Shown here piece after piece: positions 49,537-63,800 of a stretch of 64,000 bases of DNA; the first letter of the stretch is position 1, and each line of letters begins with the position of its first letter. The position numbers were made by a program, and so were the translations under genes. The notes under the pieces were generated by a model. It was not told where the DNA came from, made no database searches, and worked only from the letters and a program-made list of their open reading frames with translations. Source of the stretch: Selaginella moellendorffii (Eukaryota > Plantae > Lycopodiophyta); NCBI RefSeq assembly GCF_000143415.4, contig NW_003314300.1, positions 1,099,014 to 1,163,013 on the forward strand. Direction: 5' to 3'.

Positions 49537-51226
49537 ATGGGATCCTGCTTGTCCAGCGAGAGAGGAGCGCAGCAGAATGGTGCTGCTAGTAGATCTTCCC
49601 GGAAGACCTTGAAGAGGGAAGCAAAAGAAGTTCTTGCTGTAGAGGCCAAGAACGATCAGCAGCTGGCTTGTTTCCCGGGAAGATTGTGTACAAACGGATC
49701 AAGTAATTCGTGCTGCCTCTTCTCGCAGCAAGGGAGGAAGGGGGTGAACCAAGATGCCATGATCGCTTGGGAGGTAAGATCGTCTAACTTGTTTTGCTCT
49801 GTGATCCTTGAGTGTTCTAAACTTTGAGTGTTTGTTTCCTTGGCAGAGCTTTGCTTCAAGAGAGGACACCGCATTTTGTGGTGTCTTTGACGGGCATGGA
49901 CCGTATGGGCATCTAGTGGCTCGCAGAGTCCGCGATTCACTTCCACTCAAGCTGGTTCTTAACTGGCAAGAGTCCGAATGTGCGAAGAACGACGAGATCA
50001 AGATCCCGTCGAAGAGAAACGACGAAGAAGGTGATGAAGCCGCTGCCGAGTACGATTTGTTCTGCACCTGGAAGGATTTGCACTTGAAGGCATTCAAAGT
50101 TATGGACCGTGAGCTTCAAGTTCATCCATCCATCGACTGCTTCTGTAGCGGGACGACAGCTGTGACTGTGCTCAAACAGGTGCGCAATGCCCGTTTTTTA
50201 GTGCTCGAACAAGTGAAGAAAACAATGGTTTTAATTTCAGGGCCAGGATCTCTTCATTGGAAATGTTGGAGACTCGCGAGCGATTCTAGGAACTACTGCT
50301 GAGGACGGCTCCTTCTCAGCAGTGCCTTTGACAGTGGATCTGAAACCGAATCTTCCCAGTAAGTTGTCTCGATCGATATCACCTTTACTTTTGCCAAGAT
50401 TCTGCTCAAGCGTCAACTTTGACTTGTTCTATCAGAGGAGGCCGAGAGAATCCGTCAATGCAAAGGTCGAGTTTTTGCTCTCCATGACGAGCCGGAAGTT
50501 CATCGGGTGTGGCTGCCGCACGAGAACTCTCCCGGCCTCGCAATGGCCAGAGCGTTTGGAGACTTTTGCTTGAAAGACTTCGGCGTGATCGCTGTTCCAG
50601 AGGTATACTACCGCCGACTGAGTGACCGAGACAAATTCGTTGTGCTAGCGACAGACGGGGTAAGCGCAGTGATAGTAGTGATTATTATCACTTACTGTGC
50701 TTTCTTTTTCTTCCTTCGCCAACAGGTGTGGGATGTTCTTAGCAACGAGGAAGTCGTCAACATCATATCTTCACACCCGACAAGAAGCACTGCAGCGAGG
50801 ACTCTTGTAGAGGCGGCCGTCCACGCGTGGATGCTCAAGTATCCAACCTCCAAGATCGACGACTGTGCGGCGGTGTGTCTGTTCTTGGACACCGTCACGG
50901 TTTCTCATGCCTCGAATGGAGACAACGAGAACAAGACGATATCAACAGCAAGTCTTAGCTCAGCTCGCAGCTTTGCCGGCATCACAGTGTCAAAAGGCTC
51001 CAGTGACGAAGAAGGATCAAAAGAAGCTCCAGCAGCGGCAGTGGCAGCAGTGACAGGAGACGAGAAAGATTCAAGAGACGATGCGACGAGTAAAACCGGC
51101 GAGGAAGAGTCGTCCAAGTCGGAGTGGTCGGCTCTCGAAGGCATCACCAGGGTGAACTCGCTGCTAAGTTTGCCGAGGTTTTTGCTGGGGGACAAGAGGC
51201 TCGGTGGCTCCAAGAGGAGGCGTTGA
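49537..51226 (+). CDS. Protein phosphatase 2C, multi-exon
   Basis: MGSCLS, QGRKGVNQDAM, FCGVFDGHGPYGH, SGTTAV, PGLAMARAFGDFCLK, LATDGVWDVLSNEE, DDCAAVCLFL. Confidence 0.93.
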
Positions 51227-51432
51227 AGAAAGTAGCAGGGGATCAAAGAGACCATTCCTATAATCTTGGAGCTTCAATCCAAGCACAGGATTATGCGATA
51301 TGGTGCTTGGAAATGGGAACAAATTTTAATTAAGGTTATATTATTCTATTAAGCAGTTAAGTTATGCAAGTTCGAATCCTGTTATCCATATCTTTGAAAC
51401 TTGATTAGATGCTAAGTTAAACTGCTGCTAAT

Positions 51433-51513
51433 GTGGACGTGCCAGAGTGGTTGTCGGGCATGACTAGAAATCATGTGGGCTTGCCCGCGCAGGTTCGAAT
51501 CCTGCCGTCCACG
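51433..51513 (+). tRNA. tRNA-Ser(AGA)
   Basis: GTGGACG acceptor, CATGA-CT-AGA-AA-TCATG anticodon arm, long variable arm, GGTTCGAATCC, TTTT terminator. Confidence 0.93.
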
Positions 51514-51809
51514 TTTTCACCCTCGTTTTAGCACTGCTTGAGCGTTTGGACTGGTAGCTCAAAGAAAGTGATAGCTCTTTGATCGATCTTTTCTTTTTGA
51601 TCCATTTTTGTAGTCCTGAAAAGAACACGCGTTGCGAATGGATCAATCATAGCGTCAATAATCTGCTGTACATTTTCTTTTGATCTTTTCTTTTTTCTCT
51701 CTGTCCCATTTATCGCTCTCGTGCCTTCGCTGTGACTAATTGATGTTTTTCCCTGAAGAACACAAAGTTTGGTCATTAAACTTCCAGTGGATCTCCTTTC
51801 AACGAACCT

Positions 51810-51856
<47 letters not shown>
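51810..51856. repeat. Compound (TG)n(AG)n microsatellite
   Basis: Directly visible. Confidence 0.9.
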
Positions 51857-51861
<5 letters not shown>

Positions 51862-51879
51862 CTTTAGTTTAGCTTCAGC

Positions 51880-52860
51880 TAGCTTCTCAGATCCTTTCTC
51901 AGGATTTTTCGTGAAGGTGACTTGGGTATGGAGTCCACGAAGTAAACTTTGTGCATTTTCTTGTAGAAGACAACTGCAGCCGTAAGTTCGCATTTAAAGA
52001 GAGAGCTGGCTGAGTGTCATGCTTCATTTAAAGCCGCGATCACTGCTGCGATGGGAATGGAAAAGAAGAGAAGAGATTGGAAACTTGCCTGTTGTGATAC
52101 GAACAGTTTGAGCTCCTCTTCCGATACTTCAAAGCCATTTGCAATCAACCTACAATGTACAAGCTTGTAAGAAAAAGAATAGAAAAAACTTGCAAGTCCG
52201 TGGATTCAAAGAACAAACCAACAGAGACAAAGAACCAACTTTGAATTTTATTTGATGATCTCCTTGACACGATCCACCAGGAAAACCTCATTGATGTATC
52301 CAACATCTCCGGTGTGAAGCCAGCCCTCCTTGTCGATCGTAAGTGCAGTTGCCTCTGGATCGTTCAGATACCCTGCCTGTGAATCAAGTGAGGCCTAGAA
52401 CACAAAAAAAAAAACCAAAGAAGAAAAACACGAGGAAGAAGTTTTTCCACCTTTCATGATCTAGGCTCCATCTTGGTTGTGTGGAAGTGACACTCCACCT
52501 CGGCACTGGCGTTTCACGAGCAAGATCCAGGCTTGACTGGAAAAACTTCTTTCGCGAATGCCAGATTCATGGCGATCACAGGCCCAGCTTCAATCATCCC
52601 ATGCCACGATCGGGTTCGGCACGAGGCGCGCGGTAGCTCTGGATGAGCTCCAGCGAACTTGGGCATGATGAGAATGGCGCAGCGAGCACAGGAACACCAA
52701 ATTCATGGAGTAGATGTGCAGCACGCACAGCACGACGTCGTCGTAGATCCACCTGCTGGGCGATGCTCTTTGGGCAATCGGGTGGTACCGCTCGAGTAGG
52801 GGAGTGCCGCCACGTCGTCCGGCTGTACCACCTCGGAGTCCACCTCTGAGCAGCGTGGAG
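51880..52860 (-). pseudogene. 4CL: 4-coumarate:CoA ligase pseudogene (fragmented)
   Basis: Minus-strand fragments [88 protein letters not shown]; internal deletions and stops. Confidence 0.85.
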
Positions 52861-53091
52861 AATGGAAGATGGCCTTGGCGAGTTCAGCGAGAGTTTTACT
52901 CCATCTTGGGGCGGTGGATCATCGACGTCCGGATCGAGCTCCGAAGCTCACGAAATTTAAGTAAGGTTATTATATTGCACTTAAACCGAGTCTAGGGTTC
53001 TCACTCTGCTCACAAATTCCAAGTCTTTGACCTTAGGTTCTTCAATCCACGGACTAAGTGAGAAACCAAATCCAAGTCTTTTTCACAGACA

Positions 53092-55509
53092 ATGGAGGAG
53101 GAGGAGGAGGTGGTAGGGGCCAAGACAGGACTGGATGCAGAGCAGACTGTGGAGAGTCGTCAAAAGGAAAAGTTTGCAGACGTTGGAGCACTGAAGACAA
53201 AACCAAAGACGAAGAGGAGCTCCTCGGGGGCCAAGGCAGGACAGGATTCGGCGGAAGCAGAGCCGACTGTGGTCGACGAGGACCGTCAAAAGGACAAGTC
53301 TGCAGTCGTTGAAGATGAGGGAGGAGCACCGACAGCAAAGAAGAAGAGGCGCAGGACATCCTCGGGTGCCAAGGCAGGGGAGGCAGAGCCGATTGTGCTC
53401 GAGGAGCACTATCAAAAGGACAAGTCTGCAGTGGTGCCGTATGGAGGATCACCCAAGAGGACAGATAAAAAGAAGAAGCGTAAGAAATCTCAGGAGCCTG
53501 AATCGTCGGGAAGGGAGATAGGTGCTATTATTGCGGAGGAGGAGCAGGAACCAGAAATTTTATCCTGGCTTTACGAGAAAATAGAGGATCCGAATCAGTT
53601 CTTCCACAAGTTATTGCCACCATCAAGTGCACAGCAAGTTGTGCGGGCACTTGAAGATGTGTCACCTTCTTATTATCTCCAGTGCCTGGAAGATTTTCAA
53701 TCCCTCTCGCCGGACATGCTTCCAATCCTCCAAACAGGTACGAAACTGTGTATACAAATCTTTGGCCATGAAACAATTTGTTCGTTTGTTTCTTCAGTTC
53801 GTCACATCGGTGAACATGTTCGCCTTATCTCGATGGCATTGCAGCGGCACAAGAAAATCGTGCAGCGATTCAGCAACTTCAACAAGGAGGATGCTCTGAT
53901 CCATCTCTGCGATCCATCGCGCTCGACTAAGCTAGAGCTTCCGAGCTTCTCAGCCACCAAGTTCTCTCCACCACTGTCCTTCGATTTCGTTGGCCGTTCA
54001 AAGCTCCGCTCACTACTCCAACGAATCAAAGTTAAAAGTGATATCCACTTCCGAGGCCATCCGGGTAGAGGCAAGTCGTATGTTTTGGCAGCCCTGGCGA
54101 GCTATCTTCACACTTACAAGCAAGAATGCGGGGTGGTCGTTTATATCCTTTTGTCACGGCTGGTTCAGACGGAGCAGAAGCTTACGTATGTTTTGCAAGC
54201 ATTGCTTCTGGGCTTTGCTCGACACGGGGAAAAACAACTGGAGATTCTGGCCTGCGACAGCATGGAAAAGCTCGAAGAGTTCTGCGAGAAGGAAAGGCCT
54301 TTGTTTCTAATTGACGAGGGAAATGCTCTGGACGTGGACAAGAAAAGGACCTTGTCGAGTGAAGAGGATCGTCGCGTTACGAAAAAATATTTAAGCTGGA
54401 TTGTCAACAGAGCGGTCTGGTGCACAACGTTCAAGTCTGAGTTCATGCCAACGAATATTGGGTTTTTTCCTCCATTCAATCAGCCATTCGATGACAAAGA
54501 GTTCGCTTCCTGGCTATCCGGCTATAACTTCAAAGAACTGGACATCAACGATCTCCTATTCTACACTGGTCTCATACCACGACTCCTGGCCGAGTTTGTT
54601 GGCAAAGGTGATGCACCTGAGGAAGTGCTTTACAGAAGGGACTTGTATATTGCAGGCATGAGTCGGGTGTTCCAGTATTTTGTCGAGCGTATGACTATGG
54701 AAGAGGCCGACGCTGTTGAGAAAGTTTTGGACCTGAGTTTGGAGGAGATTGGAAGTCTAGAGCTCCCTCCTGATATCTTCTTCGAGCGGACCTTTGGCAG
54801 CAAGACAGTCGTCTCAGTCCTTCCTTTTCTGGAGAATCGCCTACGGATCTTGATGGCCGAAAAGCGGAGGCAAGCGGGCCGTGAGAAAGACATACAGGAG
54901 TTCGAGGTGCAATTGTTGAGGAGCAGGAGACTTATGGAGATGGATTCGGATCGTCAGCCGAACTCGTCCCTCAACGCTTGGCTGGCGGAAGGCCTTGTTC
55001 GAGAGTACATTCGTCTGAAAAAGAAGTTCCTGACCTGGAAATTTGATACTTTCGAAGTTTACGAGGAAGGCTTGGAAGGGATAGCACTGGAGCAGGTGTC
55101 GATTGACCGTCTGAGAAAGGGAGTGTGCTTCGTCACTGCAAGTAGTTTTGACATCGTGATCGCCATTATGGCCGCTGACGAGAAATCCCTGGACATCCAC
55201 CCCGTGCAGATAAGCGTTTCAAGCTGGAATATGAAGAAAGTCATGGATTCGTACAACTTGTGGAGCGGGGAGACTATGAAGGAATGGTCCCATCCATCCT
55301 GTACCACAAGGAGTCTAGACTTTACATATGTTCTCACCAACACTGAAGGAGCCAACTTGGATAAGGTAAATCTCATTCTCTTGTGTGAACTATTGATGGA
55401 ATTTGGTGTTGTGGGAGATGAATAGGTGACGTTGAAGACATTTGGAGACGTTGGCAAGTGTTTAGCCTTCATCGACAAACTAGTTATTCCCCAGTGGAAG
55501 CCTTGTTAG
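53092..55509 (+). CDS. Crinkler/RHS-like P-loop NTPase with probable C-terminal restriction-endonuclease-fold domain
   Basis: Walker A GHPGRGKS, Walker B LFLIDE; C-terminal E...FD.V....VQISVS pattern; three ~40-aa N-terminal repeats; probable intron 55366-55425 and last exon to 55509. Confidence 0.65.
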
Positions 55510-58500
55510 TGTCTTTAGTGTGTGGTTTTTTTGTGTGCGAGTCTGGAAGAATTTTTATTGCAATGAACACTTGGACCGACCCATGGCTTTACATTTCGTT
55601 TTCCTCATTTTTCAGACGTTCCTAAGGAATGTTGGTTTGATTTCAAACCAATGTTGGTATGGCAACTTAATTTAAAATAGAGCAAAAGGGTATAAAGTGA
55701 AAGAGTAGGCTTAGAGCAGGGTGTTGAGATTGACTTGGCAGTTCAGCTTTCCTCTTCAAGCAAACCTTAACTTGTATTGTTGAATAGGACATAATGTTTA
55801 TGAACTTGCATTCTCCTTTTTTATGTGGTCAAGCAAGCTTTCAAGTATGCATAAGAGATTTGTTAAATTCCTCAATCTAAAGCTATAGAGAATAGTAGTT
55901 TGACAAAAAATTGTGCAAACTTGTAAAATATATGAAAGAAAGATATATGTGTGTTTAAATTTTTGTAACACATATATGTAACTCACAAAATAACATTTTA
56001 AACATAGTTATTTTTTTACATATAAGCATGCATTGGTACTCATCATGTATGCATGATAAAGTTTAACATAATGCTATATATATGATTTTTTGCATTGTAA
56101 ATTTCAAGTTCAATGTCAATTTTTTTAACACATTAATAAGACTTAAACTTTGGGTTGTAAATATAATATTTTTTAGTGCATGAGTTGAATTTTAAGTATT
56201 TTTGAATGTTATAGGTTGAGTTTGTCTTTATATACTTAGGGCACTTTCTTTAGTGAGCGTAATGGAAAATACTTTACAAGTGAGTGGTTTTAAAATAAAT
56301 AAATTATTAAATAAGTGAGTGTTAAATTGAGAGAAAGTTGCAAAATGAGGGATCTTGTAAATAAATCATTACAATGCCAAAAGCTTATACATGTGATTAG
56401 GATTATAAGAAATTGATTAAGTTAATATCTTAATGTAGATACAAAAAGATTCATTTACTAAAAAAAACCATTACGCTTGATACCTTAAATATATAAAAAA
56501 AAATTTTACTTTTCACATACCATAAAAAATAAAAGGGACTTCTAAAATATTGAAACACCTTACTTATATTAGAGTGTGTTGTGATTTAAATATGCATTAT
56601 ATCAGTTATAGTTGCATGAAATGAGAAAAGAAAAACTACAAAAAAAGCCATAACTGTGCAAAATGAAAGGAGAGAGATAATTGCAAATTTGCACTATATG
56701 ACACAAGAATAAGAAAAAAAACACTCATTAGATTTGTGGTTACCTTTGGAGTCTAATATATCCACATCCTCAACAATAACTTTGATATTTCACTTAATCT
56801 CACACTTTTCATTCGGAAAGAATACTTGTAGCCTTTCAACTCATCGGTGCCATTTAAATCTGCTGACACTACCCTAACCCAAAAATGATTTTGTCTAGGA
56901 TAAGAATCATGGATGAAATTGCATGAAAAAATGTGTTTATTAAGCCTAGATTTATAAAAAAAATAAAAATCATTATTTTTAGCATATTTAAGGAAAATAA
57001 AATAATTCATTTCAGCTCTATTTAAAACATTTACTAAAAATGTAAGAAAGTAATGAACACCCTAAAAATAATATTTATTAATTAATAATTTAAAAATAAA
57101 TTAAATTACCTAAATATTCATGTTTCATCGTGTCTTTTTCTTCTTTATTCAATGAATACTTCAGGTGTTCAGCAAAATATGTGAGATAAGCTAATTAGAT
57201 TATACCAATTAAAGAAATAAATATATTGTCATGTAAATTATATATCCACCAACTAACATTTAATCATGCATTCAACTTATTACTTTTTTTTTAGCATGGC
57301 TTGTAATAAGCTATGTTGATTTCCACTTCGTAGTTTAGAACATCTTTAAGATCCACAAGATTTCTCAACTCTTTCCAAATATTGTCAATTTTCCCTCACA
57401 TAATTAACACTTTGCATATATACCAAATCATTTTTGTTCTTTGAATAATTGAATATCTACCCTTACCTTGGTTGGTGCCTTGGTTGCTCTATAACTTTGT
57501 TAAACCAAACTGAACAATCTACTCTAATGCCTAAAACTATTAAAGTTTTCAAGTTTTTACTTGGATTTTGAGTATATAATTGATTCTTCACTTTTGTAAG
57601 TTGATCTTTGGAGAGCTAAGGATTGCCATTGAGCTAACTTACCAGAGTTTCTTTGCAAATTACCTTTTTATCGACGAGTACATGACCTTGAATTTTCATC
57701 TCTGTCATATTGATATCTTGCTCTTTTGTGTTTGCAAACTCATCAAGAGTGTGTTAAAATTTATACCTTGCTATCTAATCCTTATCCTCAAATTCAGTAT
57801 AAAGAACCTTCTTTTGGATTTCTTCAACCACATCAGATTCATCTTGAGCTCTAGTTGTTTGCAAGGCTTGCACTTTTGACTGCAAGTGCCAATCTTCATG
57901 CTCCCAACATTTATCAAACCATGCTTCAATTGGCTGAAGCACACATATTACAACTCCTCTGCATTTATTTTGGGTTTGTTTTAATCCTTCTTTCAATGCT
58001 TGAACCAATAGCTCATCTATTTGTATGCAAGTGTAATCTACCAAGTTACATAACCCCTTCCCATGTTCAAGCTCCAATCTCTCATATATATATTTTCCTG
58101 GGTTTTGCAAACCATAACAAATTTCAAATTTCAAAGTCAGCTATTTGATTGATTCCAATAGCACTATCCACTAGATTTCCACCATCATATTTCCTCTCAT
58201 GACTAGGCATACCACCTACCTTGGAAAAGAAGTTCTTGCAACAATCAAAACTTATACTTGCTAATGCAACTGATAAATGTGATGATTGATCATAAAAATA
58301 TTTAATGAGAAGAACAATGTAGTGAATATCCAAAGGTTTATGGCTAATAAAATTCTTTACCAACATGAAACTCTTTGCTTCAAGATCCACAAGCACCATA
58401 ATCTAAAAATACAAACACAAACATTAATAACAAAAGTGTGAAATGAAAGTGATTTTTACCTTAGGAAGAAAGAAACTTTTACACCTTGCATAAAAGTTAA

Positions 58501-58669
58501 GATGTGGTGTATTCAAAACACTCACACTGTGAATTTTTGAGAATTTAAAAGTGTTTCATTCCAATTTCATTGTGAAATTCACTTTTTCTCTACTGTTGTC
58601 ACCATGCTTATCTTGCTACAAGAACAACAAACTAGTATGCTGCTGAATGAGAAAAGTACCGTTGTCATC

Positions 58670-60858
58670 CTATAAACTCCAAACAGGTACCATTGAATCT
58701 GGGACTTTCGGCAGGAGAGAAGCCGAGGATGAAGATGTGCACTGAAGATCATCCACTTTAGTGTGAAGAGACAAGTTGAGTGTGTTATCTGTGATCAAGG
58801 GATGCCCAGCCCTGCCAGCACGTAATTAGTAAGAGCAGAGACAAAAGAAAACCATCCATACCGTTTGAGGTGCGCAAGCAAAGGCTGGAAGAGGTGACCA
58901 CTGTTTTTTGCCACCAAGACCGGCAGGTACTTTCGCCTGAGTTCGAGAACCTCGTCCTCGCTCCCGCTCTCCGCAGCCTTGGTCCACGGCAGCAAATTCT
59001 CGTTGAGAATTTTCAGGCAGCAAAAGAGCAGGCTCTCCAAGTCGCTGACGCCATCCTGCGGCCTCATACCCAGGAAGTACCAGTTGGAAGACAACTCCCA
59101 GTTCGGAATCCCAGGGATTGCAGTCTTGACATGAAGAGAAGGCCATGCACTGTCAACTGCTTCAACGAACGTTGGAAATGCCGAGCCGTATGCGAGGCCC
59201 CAGTCTATCAAGCTGTAGGTGCCATCCCTCCAGCAGATGTTCTGTAGAGAAACATCCCCGTGGTAAACACCCTTTGAAGCGCAGCATTGCAGCACTTCAT
59301 AAAGCTGCTTGCTCATCTCGTAAACTTGTGGGGGAGTCATGGAGGAGGACAACAGAAGTCTTTCCAGCGGCTCCCCCACATCCTTGACAAGCATCGCTGG
59401 CCTGTTTTGCAAGCCTTGACCCTCCACCATCACCGGAAAAGAACCTGTCTCTCCGAGTTGAGCTCTGAAAAACATATCCCGCTCCGTCTGAAACCATCTC
59501 TCCCACATCCACTCCTGCTCTAATGTCTGGAGCGCCTCCGCCCGGCGTTGCACGTCTGGCCCAACCTTCAGCCACCAGTCCTGGCCTCGCCATGAAACTC
59601 TGAAAATCAGACTACTCTCTGTGTGTAGTGCAGTTCCTGTCACGGCAACCGTCATCTTCTCATCCATTCGGCTTTGCACTGGAATTTCTAAAAACTGTTC
59701 GCCTATATAGTAGCCGCTGCTGGCTTTCAGCTCGAGATTGTGACGAGAAAAAGGATCCCTGGAAACGCTGCCCGCAGCTCTGAGTCCCCCTTCTTCCAAT
59801 ATTTGCCTGTCAAGGGTTGCCCCTATCCACTGGACGGCGGGCATGTCCATGTTGATGGTAAAAAGATCGCCAGGAGAGTAGTCCCCGTCCGCCAACGGAA
59901 GCAAAGGTCCGTCTACTGTCTGAGGTCTCCTGTCGTACTCGTGTGCTTGATACACACACTGCACCCTGAGTCCAGTCCCAACGAAACCGTACATCTCGCT
60001 CCTTCCCTCAACTCCGTGATACTTGCTTCGCTCCAAAAACAGGAAATTGCCTGCGACCACCAGCTGCCCTCGAGCCTCCTCTAGTTCCAAAAGAGATCGT
60101 GAGTTCTCAGTCTTCTGCTCCACGGCGTTCGATCTGGCACCTATACGGAAAAATCCATCCGGGATTCTGTAATACTGACCAAGCGACAATCTTGTTTCGC
60201 CTGCCACCACTGTGATTTGTATGGGCACATTCCGTGCGCGTGCAATTGCCTTGGCGTAGCTGAGGAGAAAGCGGACCTGTCGCGCGTATGAGTCCTTCTT
60301 CAGGTCGTCATCCATCTCGTTGGTTACTCGCTGCACCAATACCCCCACCGCTCTCAAATCTCTTACAAAAGCTTCCTTGTTCTCGGCAAAGAGACAAGAG
60401 AAAGGAAGATCAGGAAGGCCCATGCGGTCGAATTCCTCGCTGCGTTCCAGCTGCTTCCTCTCCACCCTTGTTGAGTTTACCCGGCCGAGGCTAGACTTGT
60501 TGTCCATAGGGGGGAGCCAGATCAAGAGATTCGACAGATCCCAATTCTTGAGTTGGGCAGCCACTTGCGACACCATTTGCAACTCCTGCGTCTTGACTGC
60601 GGTTCTCCTGCCGTTGTACTCGATGAACCGTTTGTCTAAATCCTCCAGGAACCTTGGAACACCTGGGTCATCTAGTGGATAGACGTACCACCTGAAGAAA
60701 TCCATCAGCTTCTCTGCATCACCACCGGCGATTGCGACAGCGTCTTCAGCCTGTTCGACATCCCCAGCCGCTTCGACGTTCTCCTTGATCTGGCGCTTCT
60801 CTGTCGGAGAGAAAATATGCAGCCTATCCACTACAACCTCCCAACTCACCGCCACCAT
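58670..60858 (-). CDS. Crinkler-like protein: PD-(D/E)xK nuclease-like domain + atypical (FunK1-like) kinase
   Basis: RIPDGFF...AVEQK; kinase LKV, YHGDVSLQNI, LIDWGLA, SDLESL; probable short 3' intron at ~58811-58862. Confidence 0.65.
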
Positions 60859-63800
60859 ACGCGCCCCTAAAATGAAGCCCTAAACGTTAAAGCCCTGGTT
60901 TTATTAAAAAATTAAGTTAAATAGCAATCTCTAATTTCTTGTCAATGCGTAAAATTCCTCTTGCTAGCATGGGGCTGCTTGAACTAATGAGTATAATGTA
61001 TTAACTGGACTGTCGTGTCTGCTGTGGTTTTCCATTCTTGAGGCAAAGCTCTCCAAAATGAAGCTGCTTGGAGTAATCACTGCATGAGAGTGTGCTCTGA
61101 TGATGAGGTATGCATAACCTGATTTTATTTTTCTATTCACTGGTTGCATGGTCAAGCAGGATAATGTGGATTTAGAGGATGATAATGAGCCAGTAAGATA
61201 TCCAGCACAAAAGAAACGGGTAACTATCTTTTTCTATTCAAACCATTTACAACTTTTACTGTCACAGTGTGTTAGAACAGTTGCTTGGGTGCATCCCAGC
61301 CAAGCAACTGGTCTAATCTACTGTATTTAGCTTATTAATCCTTTGTGGATGTTTTTTATGACAAGAGGAATATGGTTTATATAGTGATTAGCATATCTCT
61401 CAATATTCTCCCAAAGAAAAGAAAGGAAAGAAGGTATTATGTACTTTTACAATGTAATGATTGTCAATTGGGATTATTTAGGATTGTCAATGCAATAATA
61501 TATCATACTATTTCTAATGATAAAGGTCTTTAGAATGAAAATAGGAGATGCTACAACAAGTCTTAAATGTTGTTATTTTAAGCAATTCAATCTTGTGTGT
61601 GATGAGACCAAAGGAGATTTGTCGGTTATCCACCACTTCAACATAACTTAGATGTTATGCTTATCGAAAGAAAATGCCACAAGAAATTACAAACTCTCGG
61701 TTGTATTGTTAACATTGTTGTATCCTAAAGCTCAAAAATAAAACATGGAGCTAGTGGACTGAAAACAAACATGTGCAAAGACTTGGAGATATAAAAAGAA
61801 AAAATGGAGCTAAGATGAAGAAGTGAAAATGAGTTGTCCAATTGAATAACCTTTAATTGGACTGAAATTTCTACAATATCTATTATGTAAATAGCATATA
61901 AATGAGTTTTTAAAAACTAAATATCAAAAATCAATTTACTATATAAAATTAGCCTTCTATTATATATAATTTTTTTTATGTATAATTGTTTTTTATATCA
62001 CAAAAAACTTCAAGGATTCAAGCACAGCTATAAAAAATATTCATAGTACTGTAATATCTTTTGAACAAACAACAATCACAATAAATTAATTATATGAACT
62101 GAAAGATGAAATCTATTTAATGCAATTAATAGTATATTTGTTATGGATAGGATTTTAAACATATGTCACAATAGAAAACCTATGAGATTCTTTTTCTTTT
62201 TATAAGATCTGAAAGCCTAAAAGTTTAATAGCTATACTGTAATCTCTTTATTATATTGATATTAATATAGTTTTTAATCAGTATTTTATTAAAATATTTG
62301 CACCTCATCTCTAGATTATTGTCTCTTGATCGTTATCTTTTCTACCATAAAGATACTGAAATAGTTTGTTGCTTCTTTCAGGACACTGTATGGGAAGATG
62401 GTTGCTCCCTGATGAATGCTGGCTTGCAAGTCTGGATCTGTCCTCGTCCGAAGGAAAAACAGCTTCGAGGTAATAGTTCGATCTTTTACATAACTTTGTC
62501 GACGTTTGTTCGTCCAGGATTAATGCATCGGCGCTTGATCAGACTATGATAATTCCCAGTGTGACACCTGTGCCGACACCGAGCACCAGCTTATCCTCTT
62601 CCTTCTCCCTCGGGATCCGCGACAGAAGCTACTGTTCTGTTTGATCTATCTTGTCAAGAACAAGAACAAGAAGATCTATATTTCGCAAGGAATCAGGGAT
62701 TTTCTAGAATTCGGTGCTGGATCAAGACGTTCATGTGAAATGCTGGCGAAGAACTGGCTGGAATTGAGGCACCGATCAGAAATGCTGGCGGCATCGTATA
62801 CCAGGAACCTTAATCCTTGGCTGAAATCTCTAGAGGCTGCGCCTTTCGACTACTCTTGGCTGCTCCGGCGATGTGGCAATGGCAGGGCTCTGGTGGAAGG
62901 CACGCTGCTCTATGGACAGCAATGGTGGAGGCATTCACTCATCACGGGCAGTTTGATGAATCCTTCTAGACTTTCAAAGCCATGCTCCAGTTAGGGGGTC
63001 TGAGTAATACATTAATGTTCTTAAATCTTGGTTATATAGTTCTTCTTTATGAGTTTGGTAATATTTTAGGATTATAAATTTTTTTATATCCCAAATAAAA
63101 AAATACTTTACATGGAACATCTAATTAATAAAATTTAGTTTTAGTAATTCTTCTTTTATTGTTTTTTGTCTGGCTAAATTTAATTATTCTTATAACTATA
63201 AAAAAATTATTCTTAGAAATTTTTATTTAAATTTTTCTTGGTTAAGTATTAAGTTTTTTAAAATCTTAGTATTTTAAATATATTTATATTCCCAAGTAAT
63301 ACTGCATATAATATCTTTATCAATAATATTTACTTAGTAATTCTTCTTTTTCACCTTGGGAATATATTAGTGTTCTAAATAGTCTATACTATTTTTTGTG
63401 TGTGTGTGTGTGTCTATATATATATATAGTCAAAGGCTAGAGTGAACATAAATGGATATATATCAAAATGTATAAAATTATTGATTTTTATACTCATCCA
63501 ACATTTGCTAGGCAATATTAGGAGGTTGCAGATGAGGAGGGAAAAACTCTTCTTTTACCACAGCCTCTTTCCTTTGCCCTTGCAGCCAGGTAAATTTTCT
63601 TTATCACAACTCCTCCTCAACACCAAAGTTTTGTTCACTCCAGGTTTCTCTTCTTTATTGGAGCTCCTTAGCCTCAGAGTTTGTGGAAGAAGAGAGCACT
63701 GGGTGCTAGAGATGGATGCCCAGGAGCTTGCATTGCTTGAGCATAGGGTTTGTGGGTGGGCATGTTGAGTTATCGTCCTCTTTAGTGTTGGATATACAAA

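Noticed and set aside
51355-51390. Second tRNA upstream of tRNA-Ser (GTTCGAATCC)
   Set aside because: Only a T-loop-like remnant; no cloverleaf.
57500-58460. Decayed coding-like fragments on the minus strand
   Set aside because: Short broken ORFs with no motif I can assign; would need tblastn/blastx.
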